Counted from the stretch's first letter, positions 28,890 through 38,872 are shown. The stretch is DNA of 64,000 bases from Gammaproteobacteria bacterium (GCA_040905045.1 JBBDSH010000073.1:2535-66534), one strand, 5' to 3'. The notes: generated by a model not told the origin, from the letters alone. Numbers and translations: made by a program.

Positions 28890-30059
28890 ATGAATAAACC
28901 GCTTAATCCTGTCTTCTCCGGCCTGCCGACCACCATCTTTACCGTCATGTCGGATCTGGCCAATGAATACGAGGCGATCAACCTGGGCCAGGGCTTTCCC
29001 GACACGGACGGACCGGAAAGGCTGCGCCGGGCGGCGGCCCGGGCGATCATCGATGGTCCCAATCAGTATCCCCAGAGCCGGGGCACCGCGGAACTGCGCC
29101 GCGCCGTGGCGGAACACGACCGCCGCTTTTATGGAATTGATTTCGACTGGCGGGAGGAAGTGATCGTGACTTCCGGTGCTACCGAGGCGCTGGCCGCATG
29201 CCTGTTTTCGGTTGTCGGGGAAGGCGACGAGGTGATCGTCCTGGAACCGGCCTATGATTCCTATGCTCCCATTATCCGCGCCGCCGGCGGTGTGCCGCGT
29301 TTCCTGCAGTTGCAAACTCCCGACTGGCACCTCGATATGGAAGCATTGGCAGCCGCGATTAACGAGCGGACCGGGGCGATCATGCTCAATTCACCCATGA
29401 ACCCCGCCGGCAAGGTTTTTACCGAACAGGAACTGTCGTTAATCGCGGAACTGGCCTGTCGGCACGATCTCTATGTCATTTGTGACGAGGTTTATGAACA
29501 TCTCACGTTTGATCGCTGCAGGCATATACCATTGATCACGTTTCCCGGTATGCGGGATCGTTGCATGCGTATCGGTTCGGCGGGCAAGACCTTTTCCCTG
29601 ACCGGCTGGAAGGTGGGGTATATATGCGCCGGCCGTGAACTGGCCGATACCATCGCCCGTGCCCATCAGTTTCTTACCTTTACCACCGCGCCGGCCCTGC
29701 AGCATGCCGTCACCCTGGGGCTGGACAGCGACGACGGCTATTTTCATGACCTGGCCGCGGATATGCAATCGCGCAGGGACATCCTGGCGCAGGGACTCGA
29801 GAAAATCGGTTTTACACTGCTGCCTTGCCAGGGTACGTATTTTTTAGTGGTGGATTACTCACGTCTGGATGACTCGCGCAGCGACGAGGCCTTCTGCCGA
29901 ACCATCACCATGGAAGCGGGCGTTGCCGCCATTCCGCTGAGTGCCTTCTACCAGTCCGGTGCTGCTTCGGCGCCGCGTAACCTGATCCGGTTCTGTTTCT
30001 GCAAGAAGCCGGAAATCCTGAAGGAAGCCGTAAACCGGTTGAGTGATTACCTGGGGTAA
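28890..30059 (+). CDS. Class I/II PLP aminotransferase (YbdL/kynurenine aminotransferase-like)
   Basis: [53 protein letters not shown] and RFCFCK. Confidence 0.92.
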   Translation: MNKPLNPVFSGLPTTIFTVMSDLANEYEAINLGQGFPDTDGPERLRRAAARAIIDGPNQYPQSRGTAELRRAVAEHDRRFYGIDFDWREEVIVTSGATEALAACLFSVVGEGDEVIVLEPAYDSYAPIIRAAGGVPRFLQLQTPDWHLDMEALAAAINERTGAIMLNSPMNPAGKVFTEQELSLIAELACRHDLYVICDEVYEHLTFDRCRHIPLITFPGMRDRCMRIGSAGKTFSLTGWKVGYICAGRELADTIARAHQFLTFTTAPALQHAVTLGLDSDDGYFHDLAADMQSRRDILAQGLEKIGFTLLPCQGTYFLVVDYSRLDDSRSDEAFCRTITMEAGVAAIPLSAFYQSGAASAPRNLIRFCFCKKPEILKEAVNRLSDYLG

Positions 30060-30067
30060 GGCGAATA

Positions 30068-30607
30068 TCAGGAGGGATTCGAGGTTTTTTTCTGGCCGCT
30101 GCGTTTGGCGGGTTTCCGGGGCTGCAGGGTAAACCAGTATTCCGGTGTGATCTCGTGGGTGTAATCGGCTTCTTCTACCAGAAGATGCGATGTAGTACTG
30201 GGGATTGATGCGAGCTCGACTCTGACGCCTTCCGATTTCAGATGGCGGACCAGTTCGATGTAATCGGAATCGCCGGACATGATAATGATGGTATCCACCT
30301 TGCTGGCCAGTTGCATGGCCTTGATGGTCAGCGGGATGTCGGCGCTCTTGTGACAGGGGCGCACGGACCCATGGTAATTCTGGTGCAGCCGTTCTTCCAG
30401 TTTCGAAGAGATATTCTTGCCCTCCCGGAAATAGACCATGCGGTTCAGACCGCGATTGTCGAGCAGTTTCGGGATGAGGGTATCGAAGTTCAGCATGGTA
30501 TGAGGATCACCGGTCACTTCGTGGATGCTGCGTTCGATGTTATTGCCGTCCACCAGTACGGCGACGGACTGGATGATTTTTACATCTTCGGGGCGGCTCT
30601 GGTTCAT
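30068..30607 (-). CDS. NYN domain protein (LabA/DUF88 family)
   Basis: VLVDGNN, KSADI, SGDSDY and EEAD acidic PIN-like motifs. Confidence 0.88.
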   Translation of the reverse strand: MNQSRPEDVKIIQSVAVLVDGNNIERSIHEVTGDPHTMLNFDTLIPKLLDNRGLNRMVYFREGKNISSKLEERLHQNYHGSVRPCHKSADIPLTIKAMQLASKVDTIIIMSGDSDYIELVRHLKSEGVRVELASIPSTTSHLLVEEADYTHEITPEYWFTLQPRKPAKRSGQKKTSNPS

Positions 30608-30718
30608 GCGGACAGGCTACCATGTAATGTCCGTAAAGTCACAGCTGTCATACGGTCGGGTTAATCGAGATTACTGATATGATAGAATGAATTTTTAATC
30701 TGTCATGTTTATTCCGTA

Positions 30719-32044
30719 ATGGTTACGCCGAGACAAAGATCTCCCTGGAATATAAAAGAGGTGCCGGAGGAAACAGCCCGGCCTTCCAGGATAGTCATGC
30801 ACTGTCCCGACATTACACTCAAGGGAAAAAACCAGGACGTCTTTCAGCATCAACTGGTGGAAAACATCCGCCGGCGGTTACACGGTCTGGGCATGGACTG
30901 GCCGGTCTATTCCGCCCGCGGCCGGGTCTACATCGATAGCGGCGGCCGCGATCGCGAAACCATCCGGACGGTTCTCAATGCCATGGCGGACACGGCCGGT
31001 ATCACCTCCATGGCGGCGGCTGTCTGGCTGCAGCCCGCGCGTTTATGGAGCAGCGGCAATGAACTCAACTGGCCGTTGATCGAAGACGCCATGGTGGAGA
31101 TGGCGGCGGAGACCTATCAATCCGGACGCAGCTTCTCGGTACGCGTCAATCGTGTCGACAAATCCCTGCCGGGGCGCAGCCAGGACATGGAGGCCCGCCT
31201 GGGAAGAGTGATACGCGAAAGGACGGACTGGGATGATGTCAACCTGAAAAACCCGGATCGGACGTTTTACATCGACGCCTACCCGGACGGCCTGTATCTC
31301 TATTCCGACAAGCGTCCCGGTATCGGCGGTTTGCCCGTGGGTACCGGCGGCCGTCTGCTGGCTTTACTGTCCGGCGGAATCGATTCGCCGGTGGCCGCGT
31401 TCATGATGGCCAAGCGGGGCTGCAGCATCGATTTGTTTCATATGACCGCTTCACATCTGGCGGGTTCCCGCATGGAGGAATCGGTGGTTTTCCGGCTGGC
31501 CCGGGAAATCAGCCGCTTCAGCCTGCGTACACGATTGTACACCGCTCCCTATACGTATTTTGATCTGGCATTGCAGGATCGCAAGAGCGGTTACGAGTTG
31601 GTGTTATTCCGTCGTTTTCTTATGAGCATGGCGGAACAACTGGCCCGGCGTATCGGTGCCGGCGCCCTGGTAACCGGCGACAGTCTCGGCCAGGTTGCAT
31701 CGCAGACCATGGAAAACCTGACTGCCGCGTCACAGCATATTCAGATACCCGTTATGCGGCCCCTGATCGGCATGAACAAGCAGGAGATCATCGCTCAGGC
31801 ACGCTCCATCGGTACCTACGACATTTCTATTCAGCCCTACAAGGATTGCTGTGCCCTGATCGGACAGAATCCCAGGACGCGTTCCCGGCATGAGCAACTG
31901 CAACACCTGGAAGAGCATGTATTCGATGATTACGACAGGATGGTCGAGGATACCTTCCGGGATATGATGTGTTACGAATTCCGATGCGGTGAGTTCACCG
32001 GAGTCACGGAATCGGACAAGGCCGATTCGGCACATGAATCATAA
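30719..32044 (+). CDS. thiI: tRNA 4-thiouridine(8) synthase ThiI, short form without rhodanese domain
   Basis: ITLKGKN, THUMP region, GGLPVG, LLSGGIDSPVA, TGDSLGQVASQTMEN, RPLIG and PYKDCC. Confidence 0.92.
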   Translation: MVTPRQRSPWNIKEVPEETARPSRIVMHCPDITLKGKNQDVFQHQLVENIRRRLHGLGMDWPVYSARGRVYIDSGGRDRETIRTVLNAMADTAGITSMAAAVWLQPARLWSSGNELNWPLIEDAMVEMAAETYQSGRSFSVRVNRVDKSLPGRSQDMEARLGRVIRERTDWDDVNLKNPDRTFYIDAYPDGLYLYSDKRPGIGGLPVGTGGRLLALLSGGIDSPVAAFMMAKRGCSIDLFHMTASHLAGSRMEESVVFRLAREISRFSLRTRLYTAPYTYFDLALQDRKSGYELVLFRRFLMSMAEQLARRIGAGALVTGDSLGQVASQTMENLTAASQHIQIPVMRPLIGMNKQEIIAQARSIGTYDISIQPYKDCCALIGQNPRTRSRHEQLQHLEEHVFDDYDRMVEDTFRDMMCYEFRCGEFTGVTESDKADSAHES

Positions 32045-32113
32045 AACAATATTCAGAGGTCACAGAGAATGGTCGGGAATTGTGTTTGATCGCAGGGTCT
32101 CAGAAAATTGTTA

Positions 32114-32237
32114 ATCTCGCCAAGCGCGCAAAGTTCGCAAAGGATAAAAGTCTATGATTCCTTTGCGTGCTTGGCGATCTTGGCGAGATCCGCCACTACT
32201 CTGCCAGATACCTACAAATTTTGCCAAAGAGCCTTAA
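32114..32237 (-). repeat. Interspersed repeat family B, copy 3 (partial, empty of the hairpin insert)
   Basis: Reverse complement ttaaggctctttggcaaaatttgtaggtatctgg...ggatctcgccaagatcgccaagcacgcaaagg matches 13262 onward. Confidence 0.85.
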
Positions 32238-32240
32238 TAT

Positions 32241-33194
32241 TCAACGAGGTTTAGCAATGAGATTTGCCGGCAGCGATTCGAGGAAGCGCTGGTTTTCCAG
32301 ATAACCGTCGGGATTGCGCCGCAGGTGGTGGCGGATCAGCGTCAGCGCCACGATAACGGGCAGTTCTCCGGTCCGGTAACCCTCTATGGCTTCGCCCAGT
32401 TCGCGGCGGTCATTCTCGTCCAGGTCGTTCTTGAAAAATCCGGCGATGTGCTGCAGCGTATTTATCTGGTTGCTGCGCCGGACCGGCTTTTTTACAGTCT
32501 GCATCAACAAGATGAAATATTCTTCCATGACCCGCGCCGGATCCTCGGCGGCACGCGCCACCATCCGTCCCATGGCGCGCATGGCATTCTGGTCATGTGC
32601 CATGATGAGAAACTTGTGCGCCGTATGGAAAGCAACCAGATCCCGCACACGCTCTGATTCCGCGACCAGATTCTGCCAGCGGGAATAGATAAACACCCGT
32701 TCGAGGAAATTATCGCGCAGATCGGGATCGTTGAGCCGGCCTTCTTCCTCCACGGGTAACAGCGGCCGGTTTTCCATGAGGGCACGGGCGAAGATGCCGT
32801 TGGCCGAAGCCGATGGCACGTTGTTGTGATCGTAGATCTTGACCCTTTCCATGCCGCAACTGGGAGAACGCGATTTCAGGATATAACCGCTGATATCGGT
32901 TGCGGCCGCGGCGATATTGCGGCCGTATTCCCGCAACGGTTCTGTTACATCCCTGCGATTGTCATCCTGGACGACGGCTCTGGGTTGATCCGGTTTCCCT
33001 TCCAGGCGGATGGTGGGGCGCGGCACGCCCAGACCGATGGCCACTTCGGGACAGCAGGGGACGAATTCGAAATACCGGGACAGCGTGTCGGTGATGTAGC
33101 GGTCACGTTTGTGATCGCCGTTGTAACGCACATTTTCTCCCAGCAGGCAGCTGCTGATACCGATTCGTATGGGTTTGACGGTGTCTTCTGCCAT
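32241..33194 (-). CDS. DUF523 (TudS) plus DUF1722 fusion, YbgA/RudS-like desulfidase
   Basis: ISSCLLGENVRYNG, CPEV...LGVPR, LKSRSPSCG and EEEGRL, followed by FHTAHKFLIMAH and NTLQHIAGFF. Confidence 0.9.
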   Translation of the reverse strand: MAEDTVKPIRIGISSCLLGENVRYNGDHKRDRYITDTLSRYFEFVPCCPEVAIGLGVPRPTIRLEGKPDQPRAVVQDDNRRDVTEPLREYGRNIAAAATDISGYILKSRSPSCGMERVKIYDHNNVPSASANGIFARALMENRPLLPVEEEGRLNDPDLRDNFLERVFIYSRWQNLVAESERVRDLVAFHTAHKFLIMAHDQNAMRAMGRMVARAAEDPARVMEEYFILLMQTVKKPVRRSNQINTLQHIAGFFKNDLDENDRRELGEAIEGYRTGELPVIVALTLIRHHLRRNPDGYLENQRFLESLPANLIAKPR

Positions 33195-33212
33195 GATGAC
33201 GGCGATTTATAC

Positions 33213-33941
33213 TCAGGAGGTGACCACAGGTAGTGGTGTATCCAGTTCGATGGATTGCGGATTGATACTGGCCCGATAGGCAAGTGCTTCAACGCCGTTG
33301 TTCATGACCTGCCTGAGGGTGCGGCCGTATTCGGCGTCGATGTCGTCCGCCGGGCGGAATTCATCGGTATCCATGCGTTGCACGCAGAAGACGATAATGC
33401 CGCGTTTCCCGTCCCGTACAACGCGTTCCAGTTCCCGCAGATGCCGCGTACCGCGCTGGCTTACGGCATCGGGAAACCGTGCAATACCGTTATCAGCCAG
33501 GGTAACGTTCTTGACCTCCACATAACAGTCCGGATCCGAATCCAGCAGCAGGTCGATGCGGCTGTTTTCCTCACCGTATCGAACTTCGCGCCGCAGGGAA
33601 AGGTAGTTCCGGAGTTCGCTTATCACCCCGTTTTCTATGGCTTCGCAAACCAGGGTATTGGCCAGTGAGGTATTAATGCCGACAAGAACGCCCGGTTCGG
33701 TCTCGACCATTTCCCAGCCGAGCCGGTATTTGCGTTTCGGGTTGCCGGAATCACTCAGCCATACCCTGGAGCCGGGAGTACAGCAGCCGAGCATGGAGCC
33801 GGTATTGGGCGTATGCGCGGTAATCATTTCGCCGTTCTCCAGTTCCACATCGGCGAGGAAGCGTTTGTAGCGCTTTATCAGCGTCCCTTCGATGAGAGGC
33901 TTCTCAAACTTCATTAGAACCATTGAAACTTGATACGGCAA
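33213..33941 (-). CDS. sfsA: DNA/RNA nuclease SfsA
   Basis: RYKRFLADV, HTPNTGSM, SRIDLLL, VEVKNVTL and FPDAVSQRG.RHL.EL. Confidence 0.95.
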   Translation of the reverse strand: MPYQVSMVLMKFEKPLIEGTLIKRYKRFLADVELENGEMITAHTPNTGSMLGCCTPGSRVWLSDSGNPKRKYRLGWEMVETEPGVLVGINTSLANTLVCEAIENGVISELRNYLSLRREVRYGEENSRIDLLLDSDPDCYVEVKNVTLADNGIARFPDAVSQRGTRHLRELERVVRDGKRGIIVFCVQRMDTDEFRPADDIDAEYGRTLRQVMNNGVEALAYRASINPQSIELDTPLPVVTS

Positions 33942-33944
33942 GCA

Positions 33945-34032
33945 GTGAGGAGCGAGACGGGAGGCGTGAGGTGTCGCAAGTTTAAACCTGGTCTGTGTTA
34001 TTCCTCACCCCTTACCCTTCACGCCTCACTTA
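33945..34032. repeat. Paired inverted heptamer arrays
   Basis: gtgaggagcgagacgggaggcgtgagg ... ttcctcaccccttacccttcacgcctcac. Confidence 0.75.
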
Positions 34033-34311
34033 CCTTCGGAATCCACGGCCATGGCGCCTTGGTTCCTTTTCCTTGGCCATGCTGACGCTGAGCTTGCGGC
34101 CGTTGATCTCCGTGCCGTTCATCTTCAGGGCCGTTTCGGCGCTGTGTTGTTTGACGAACGTGATAAAGGCGAAGCCGCGCGAGTCACCGGTGAGACGATC
34201 GGTAATCATGTTAATGTTGTCGATATCACCGTAATCGGCAAAGGTGGACTTGAGATCGTCTTCCGAGAAATTGAAAGGCATATTGCCGACATAGATTTTA
34301 TTTTGAGACAT
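34030..34311 (-). CDS. Single-RRM RNA-binding protein
   Basis: RNP2 IYVGNM, RNP1 RGFAFITF, and a basic C-terminal tail. Confidence 0.93.
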   Translation of the reverse strand: MSQNKIYVGNMPFNFSEDDLKSTFADYGDIDNINMITDRLTGDSRGFAFITFVKQHSAETALKMNGTEINGRKLSVSMAKEKEPRRHGRGFRR

Positions 34312-34336
34312 TAATGTGGTTTCCTGAATTATTAAT

Positions 34337-34840
34337 TTATTTCACGGACAAGACCGTAACCTTGTAATGCAGGGTCTGGCCTGAAAGGGGATGGTTCATA
34401 TCAATTACCGCCTTGTCCTCTTCGATTTTACGAACGCTGATGGTTTGTTGCCGGCCTTCTTCATTGCTGATGATCAAAATGGCTCCTTCCTGTCTTGCAT
34501 CTTCGGGCAATTTTCCCAGGTCAATTTCCTGAATCGCCTCGGGATCCGGATTCCCGAATCCGTCTTCCGGCGCCAGCGTGATTTCCCTTGTCTCGCCCGC
34601 TTCGGTACCTTCCAGAGCCTTTTCAAGCGCCGGCAGTATGCTGCCTTCGCCCTGTTTGAATGTCATGGCGTCCTCACCGACATTGGAATCAACCACGGTA
34701 CCGTCATCCAGCGCTAGGGAGTATTCGATTGTCACTGTACGTCCCTGACTGACAACTGCTTCCGCTGCACGGGAACCGGTATACAGAAAAGACAACAGGA
34801 TTAGTGAAATAAAAATCAGTGCTCTGCTTTGTCTTGGCAT
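34337..34840 (-). CDS. SlyD-type FKBP isomerase with predicted signal peptide
   Basis: Start MPRQ after GGAGG; hydrophobic leader; VTIEYSL, ILPALEKAL, PEDGFG and DMNHPLSG. Confidence 0.85.
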   Translation of the reverse strand: MPRQSRALIFISLILLSFLYTGSRAAEAVVSQGRTVTIEYSLALDDGTVVDSNVGEDAMTFKQGEGSILPALEKALEGTEAGETREITLAPEDGFGNPDPEAIQEIDLGKLPEDARQEGAILIISNEEGRQQTISVRKIEEDKAVIDMNHPLSGQTLHYKVTVLSVK

Positions 34841-35125
34841 ATACTGCCTCCCTTGATAGTGAAGGAACATCAGCGGCGGAAAAATACCTGTTGTTCTGTC
34901 CGATGCGCCGCGTTCCGGGTTACAGGCGCCCGACAGGCCAAAAGAAAACCGTATCGAATACACCGGGACCATTGTGTGGCGAACCGGAATATATCTACAG
35001 GTATGCACGCGCAGGTTCTGGTACTATAGCATTCGCCGCCCGGAGTTGACAGGGGAAAATCCGGTTCAGGGTCAATTAGAGGCGGCTTTATCCAGGGTAT
35101 TTTTCTTGTAAGGTGCTCCCTTCTC

Positions 35126-35875
35126 ATGGCAATCCTGTGGCAGAAAACCATCCGTGGTCAACATTATGAAATCCGTTCCGCCGGAAGGACGCGACGGTTG
35201 TATACCAATGGTGTCTGCCACAGCGAATTCAACCCTTTCCATATCTTCAGCGGCAGTATCTGGGATCTTTTGATATTGCCGGCCTGGTTTTATTCCGCAT
35301 CCGACATTCGGCGTATCCTGGTTCTGGGTGTCGGCGGTGGTTCCAATGTCCTGCAGCTGGAGCATCTGCTGGAACCGGAACTCATCCTGGGTATTGAACG
35401 CGACCCAGTCCATTTGCGTCTGGCCCGAAAGTTTTTCGATATCGAAAACTCGTGCAGTGAAATAATCGAAGTGGATGCCCGGGGCTGGCTGGCGAATTAT
35501 AATGGCGAGCCGTTTGATATGATCATCGACGATCTTTTCATGGATTGTGGCAATGAGCCGGTACGAGCGGTAAAAGTGAACCGGGAATGGTCGCAATTAT
35601 TGATCCGGAATTTGAAGAAAGGCGGCCTGCTGACGATCAATTTCGCTTCCGGGGAGGAACTGACGGCATCGGCTATTGTCCGACAATCCAGGTTCCATCA
35701 TCGCTTTCCCTCCATGTTCCGGATGACAACCCCGCTGCTTGATAATAACGTCGGTGTCTTTATCGGACGGCAGGTGAACAGCCGCTATTTGCGCGAGCGA
35801 CTCAGGCGGCATCCGGTGGCGGAAAGGGCCATCGCCAACCGTCGTATCCGTTACCGTATCAACCAACTCGTGTAA
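35126..35875 (+). CDS. Spermidine-synthase-like SAM-dependent transferase
   Basis: LVLGVGGG, IERDP, DAR.WL, FDMIIDDLF and LKKGG. Confidence 0.8.
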   Translation: MAILWQKTIRGQHYEIRSAGRTRRLYTNGVCHSEFNPFHIFSGSIWDLLILPAWFYSASDIRRILVLGVGGGSNVLQLEHLLEPELILGIERDPVHLRLARKFFDIENSCSEIIEVDARGWLANYNGEPFDMIIDDLFMDCGNEPVRAVKVNREWSQLLIRNLKKGGLLTINFASGEELTASAIVRQSRFHHRFPSMFRMTTPLLDNNVGVFIGRQVNSRYLRERLRRHPVAERAIANRRIRYRINQLV

Positions 35876-35920
35876 CATGCACTTATGCATATCGACAGCC
35901 ATGCCGGATATCTGCACGTA

Positions 35921-36679
35921 ATGAACGATATACTTTCATTGGAAAACATTACCAAGCGATTCGACAATACTTCAGCCGTTGACGGACTGTCGCTGCCAAT
36001 CGCGGAAGGCGAGACCACCGTCCTCATTGGTCCCAGCGGCTGCGGCAAATCCACCATACTGCGGCTTGTTACAGGCCTGATCCGTGCCGACCAGGGCCGG
36101 GTTCTGTTCCAGGGGCAGCCACTGGAAAGGAAAGATATGGAATCCTTTCGCCGGCATATCGGTTACGTTATCCAGGACGGCGGTTTGTTTCCCCATCTGA
36201 CAGCACGGGATAACGTAACCATCATTGCGCGTTATCTGGACTGGCTCGATTCCACCATGGCCGAACGCCTCGTGGAGCTGGCCGAACTGGTAAAACTGAA
36301 TGATGAAATACTGGATCGCTATCCTGCGGAATTATCCGGCGGCCAGCGCCAGCGCGTCAGTCTCATGCGCAGCCTGATGCTGGATCCGGAAATCCTGCTG
36401 CTGGACGAACCCTTCACCGCGCTCGATCCCCTGATCCGTTTTGAACTGCAGGCGGATATGAAAGACATATTCCGCCGCCTGAACAAAACCGTGTTGTTCG
36501 TGACTCATGACATGAATGAAGCCGCCTGGCTGGGCGATAGCATCGTACTGATGCGCGACGGCCGTGTCGTGCAGAAGGGCGGTTACCGGGATCTGGCAGA
36601 CCGGCCCGTGGATGAATTCGTGCGACGGTTCCTCCGCGCTCAGCGCCCGCCCGAAGCGGGGAACGGGGGAGGGCCATGA
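35921..36679 (+). CDS. Osmoprotectant (OpuA/OsmV-like) ABC transporter ATPase
   Basis: GPSGCGKST, IGYVIQDGGLFPH, YPAELSGGQRQR, LLDEPF and VTHD. Confidence 0.92.
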   Translation: MNDILSLENITKRFDNTSAVDGLSLPIAEGETTVLIGPSGCGKSTILRLVTGLIRADQGRVLFQGQPLERKDMESFRRHIGYVIQDGGLFPHLTARDNVTIIARYLDWLDSTMAERLVELAELVKLNDEILDRYPAELSGGQRQRVSLMRSLMLDPEILLLDEPFTALDPLIRFELQADMKDIFRRLNKTVLFVTHDMNEAAWLGDSIVLMRDGRVVQKGGYRDLADRPVDEFVRRFLRAQRPPEAGNGGGP

Positions 36680-38175
36680 AACGATCGCGCTCGTTTGCTG
36701 TTCTTCTGTTTGTACTGGTATCAGCGTGTCTTTCACCGGAATCACAGGCGTTGACCGTGGCGTCGAAAAAGTTCACGGAAGGCGTCATCCTAGGCGAGAT
36801 GGCGAGGCAGATGCTGGAGAGGGACGACATGGAAGTGCGGCATCGGCGCGAACTGGGCGGGACGCGCATTCTCTGGAGTGCCCTGGTACGGGGGGATATC
36901 GACGTCTATCCGGAATACACGGGAACGCTGAAGAACGAGATATTCGCCGGGGAGGGTATCTCCGACATGGAGGAACTGCGGCGCGTTCTCGAACAACACG
37001 GCATCGGTATGACCGAATCGCTGGGTTTCAACAACACCTATGTTCTCGGTATGGTCTGGAACCGGGCCGAACGCCTGAACATTACCCGTATCTCGGATTT
37101 GAAGCGTTATCCGAAGTTGCGATTCGGGCTCAGTGATGAATTCATGGATCGGGAGGACGGCTGGCCGGCTTTGCGCGAACACTACGGTCTGCCCCATGAG
37201 GGTGTGCGCGGTCTCGATCATGATCTGGCCTATCGCGGACTCGCCGCTGATCGCCTGGACGTGGTCGATCTCTACTCTACGGATGCGGAGATCCAGTACT
37301 ATGATATCCGGCCGCTGGTCGATGACCGGGATTTTTTCCCCGATTACCATGCCGTTTTTCTCTACCGGCTGGAGGCGGCGCGGCAGTATCCGGAGAACTT
37401 TCAACGTCTGCGCAAGCTTGAGGGCAGCCTGGACGAGCACCACATGAGTATCCTCAACGCCCGGGTCAAGGTCCAGCACCAGCCCGAAGGCAGCGTCGCC
37501 GCGGATTTTATCTGGGAGAATTTCGGGCAGGAAACCCGTGTACCGACCTCCTCGCGCCTGGATCGCTTCCTGACCAATACCGTCGACCATCTCTTTATGG
37601 TGGCCGTTTCGTTGCTGGCCGCTGTTGTCATTGCCATACCGCTGGGTATCGCCGCGGCACGGTACCGGCGCCTTGGCCAGGTGATACTGGGCGGTGCCGG
37701 CATTATCCAGACGATTCCGGCACTGGCGTTGCTGGTTTTCATGATTCCGTTGTTCGGTATTGGCGCCGAACCGGCCATCGCGGCGCTGTTTCTTTACAGC
37801 CTGCTGCCGATCATACGCAACACCTGCAGCGGCCTGCAGGACATCCCCGCGTCCCTGCGGGACTCGGCCGTTGTTTTGGGACTGCCGCCTCTGGCAAGAT
37901 TGCGTATGGTGGAACTGCCGCTGGCCATGCGCTCTATCCTTACGGGCATCAAGATTTCCGCGGTGATCAATATCGGCACCGCCACCCTGGGTGCGTTGAT
38001 TGGCGCCGGCGGCTACGGCCAGCCGATACTCACCGGGATACGACTGGACGACATCAAACTGATAATGGAAGGGGCCGTGCCCGCCGCCGTACTGGCGCTG
38101 CTCGTTCAGGGATTCTTTGAGTTACTGGAACGTTATATGCTGCCAAGAGGCTTACGTTTGAAAAGCGAGGCGTAA
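36676..38175 (+). CDS. Glycine betaine/choline ABC transporter, fused substrate-binding and permease protein
   Basis: SKKFTE, DVYPEYTGT, GFNNTY and YSTDA, then permease motifs QTIPALAL and IGAGGYG. Confidence 0.92.
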   Translation: MKRSRSFAVLLFVLVSACLSPESQALTVASKKFTEGVILGEMARQMLERDDMEVRHRRELGGTRILWSALVRGDIDVYPEYTGTLKNEIFAGEGISDMEELRRVLEQHGIGMTESLGFNNTYVLGMVWNRAERLNITRISDLKRYPKLRFGLSDEFMDREDGWPALREHYGLPHEGVRGLDHDLAYRGLAADRLDVVDLYSTDAEIQYYDIRPLVDDRDFFPDYHAVFLYRLEAARQYPENFQRLRKLEGSLDEHHMSILNARVKVQHQPEGSVAADFIWENFGQETRVPTSSRLDRFLTNTVDHLFMVAVSLLAAVVIAIPLGIAAARYRRLGQVILGGAGIIQTIPALALLVFMIPLFGIGAEPAIAALFLYSLLPIIRNTCSGLQDIPASLRDSAVVLGLPPLARLRMVELPLAMRSILTGIKISAVINIGTATLGALIGAGGYGQPILTGIRLDDIKLIMEGAVPAAVLALLVQGFFELLERYMLPRGLRLKSEA

Positions 38176-38179
38176 CTAT

Positions 38180-38252
38180 GTGGGGATCGGGACTCGGGGA
38201 TCGGGGAGGTGATGTTGGAACGAGCCCCGAGCCCCGAGCCCCGAGCCACGAG
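38180..38252. repeat. Heptamer arrays (GGGATCG-type; GAGCCCC x3 then GAGCCAC)
   Basis: Between convergent genes. Confidence 0.75.
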
Positions 38253-38260
38253 GAACGCGG

Positions 38261-38872
38261 TCAGCTTGCCTCCTGCATAATCTCTTCCGTGGCATTACGA
38301 CGCTGCTCGACGATGCGCATGAATTCGTGGGCCACCCGGGGGACATGCTCGAAGTAATGGGTGAGGGCATTATAATCAGCCCGCAGCAGTATCGAAGCCT
38401 CGATCGCCCGGACCGATGCGGTGCGGATACCGCCCTGGAAGTAACCCATTTCACCGATGGGTTCCGGCGGTTCCACGTAGGCAATATGAATATGGCTGCC
38501 GTCAAGATTGGTACGATAGACCTCGACCTTGCCGCTGCAGAGGATATACAGGGTCGGATCGGGTTCGTCCTGGAAGATAAACTGATCACCGGTATCGACG
38601 ATCACCTCGGTGAAACGGTTGCCGATAGCGGCCAGTTCCGAATCGGACAGCATGCTGAAGACAGGACTGGCTTTAAGGCGTTCGGCCCGCTGTCTGCGCA
38701 GGGCGCTGTCCAGTTCTTCCTGACTGATAACGCCATCTTCCAGCAGGATTTCACCGATATGCTTCAGCGGCAGACGTCGTTTCAGCAACTGGCCCTGTTT
38801 TTTAACGGCATTCTGCAGAACGCCCGGAGAACAGACGAGATAGTCACCCAGTCGTTTTGCAGTCATCATCAT
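38261..38872 (-). CDS. MshEN-like c-di-GMP-binding motif fused to a cNMP-binding domain, no output domain
   Basis: RLGDYL...Q and HIGEILLEDGVISQEELDSALRRQ, then PVFSML, FQDEP..LYILCSGKVEV and GEMGYFQGGIRTASV. Confidence 0.8.
   Translation of the reverse strand: MMMTAKRLGDYLVCSPGVLQNAVKKQGQLLKRRLPLKHIGEILLEDGVISQEELDSALRRQRAERLKASPVFSMLSDSELAAIGNRFTEVIVDTGDQFIFQDEPDPTLYILCSGKVEVYRTNLDGSHIHIAYVEPPEPIGEMGYFQGGIRTASVRAIEASILLRADYNALTHYFEHVPRVAHEFMRIVEQRRNATEEIMQEAS

Noticed and set aside
30068-30607. NYN/PIN protein as a toxin of a TA pair
   Set aside because: LabA/DUF88-type, with no adjacent small antitoxin-like gene.
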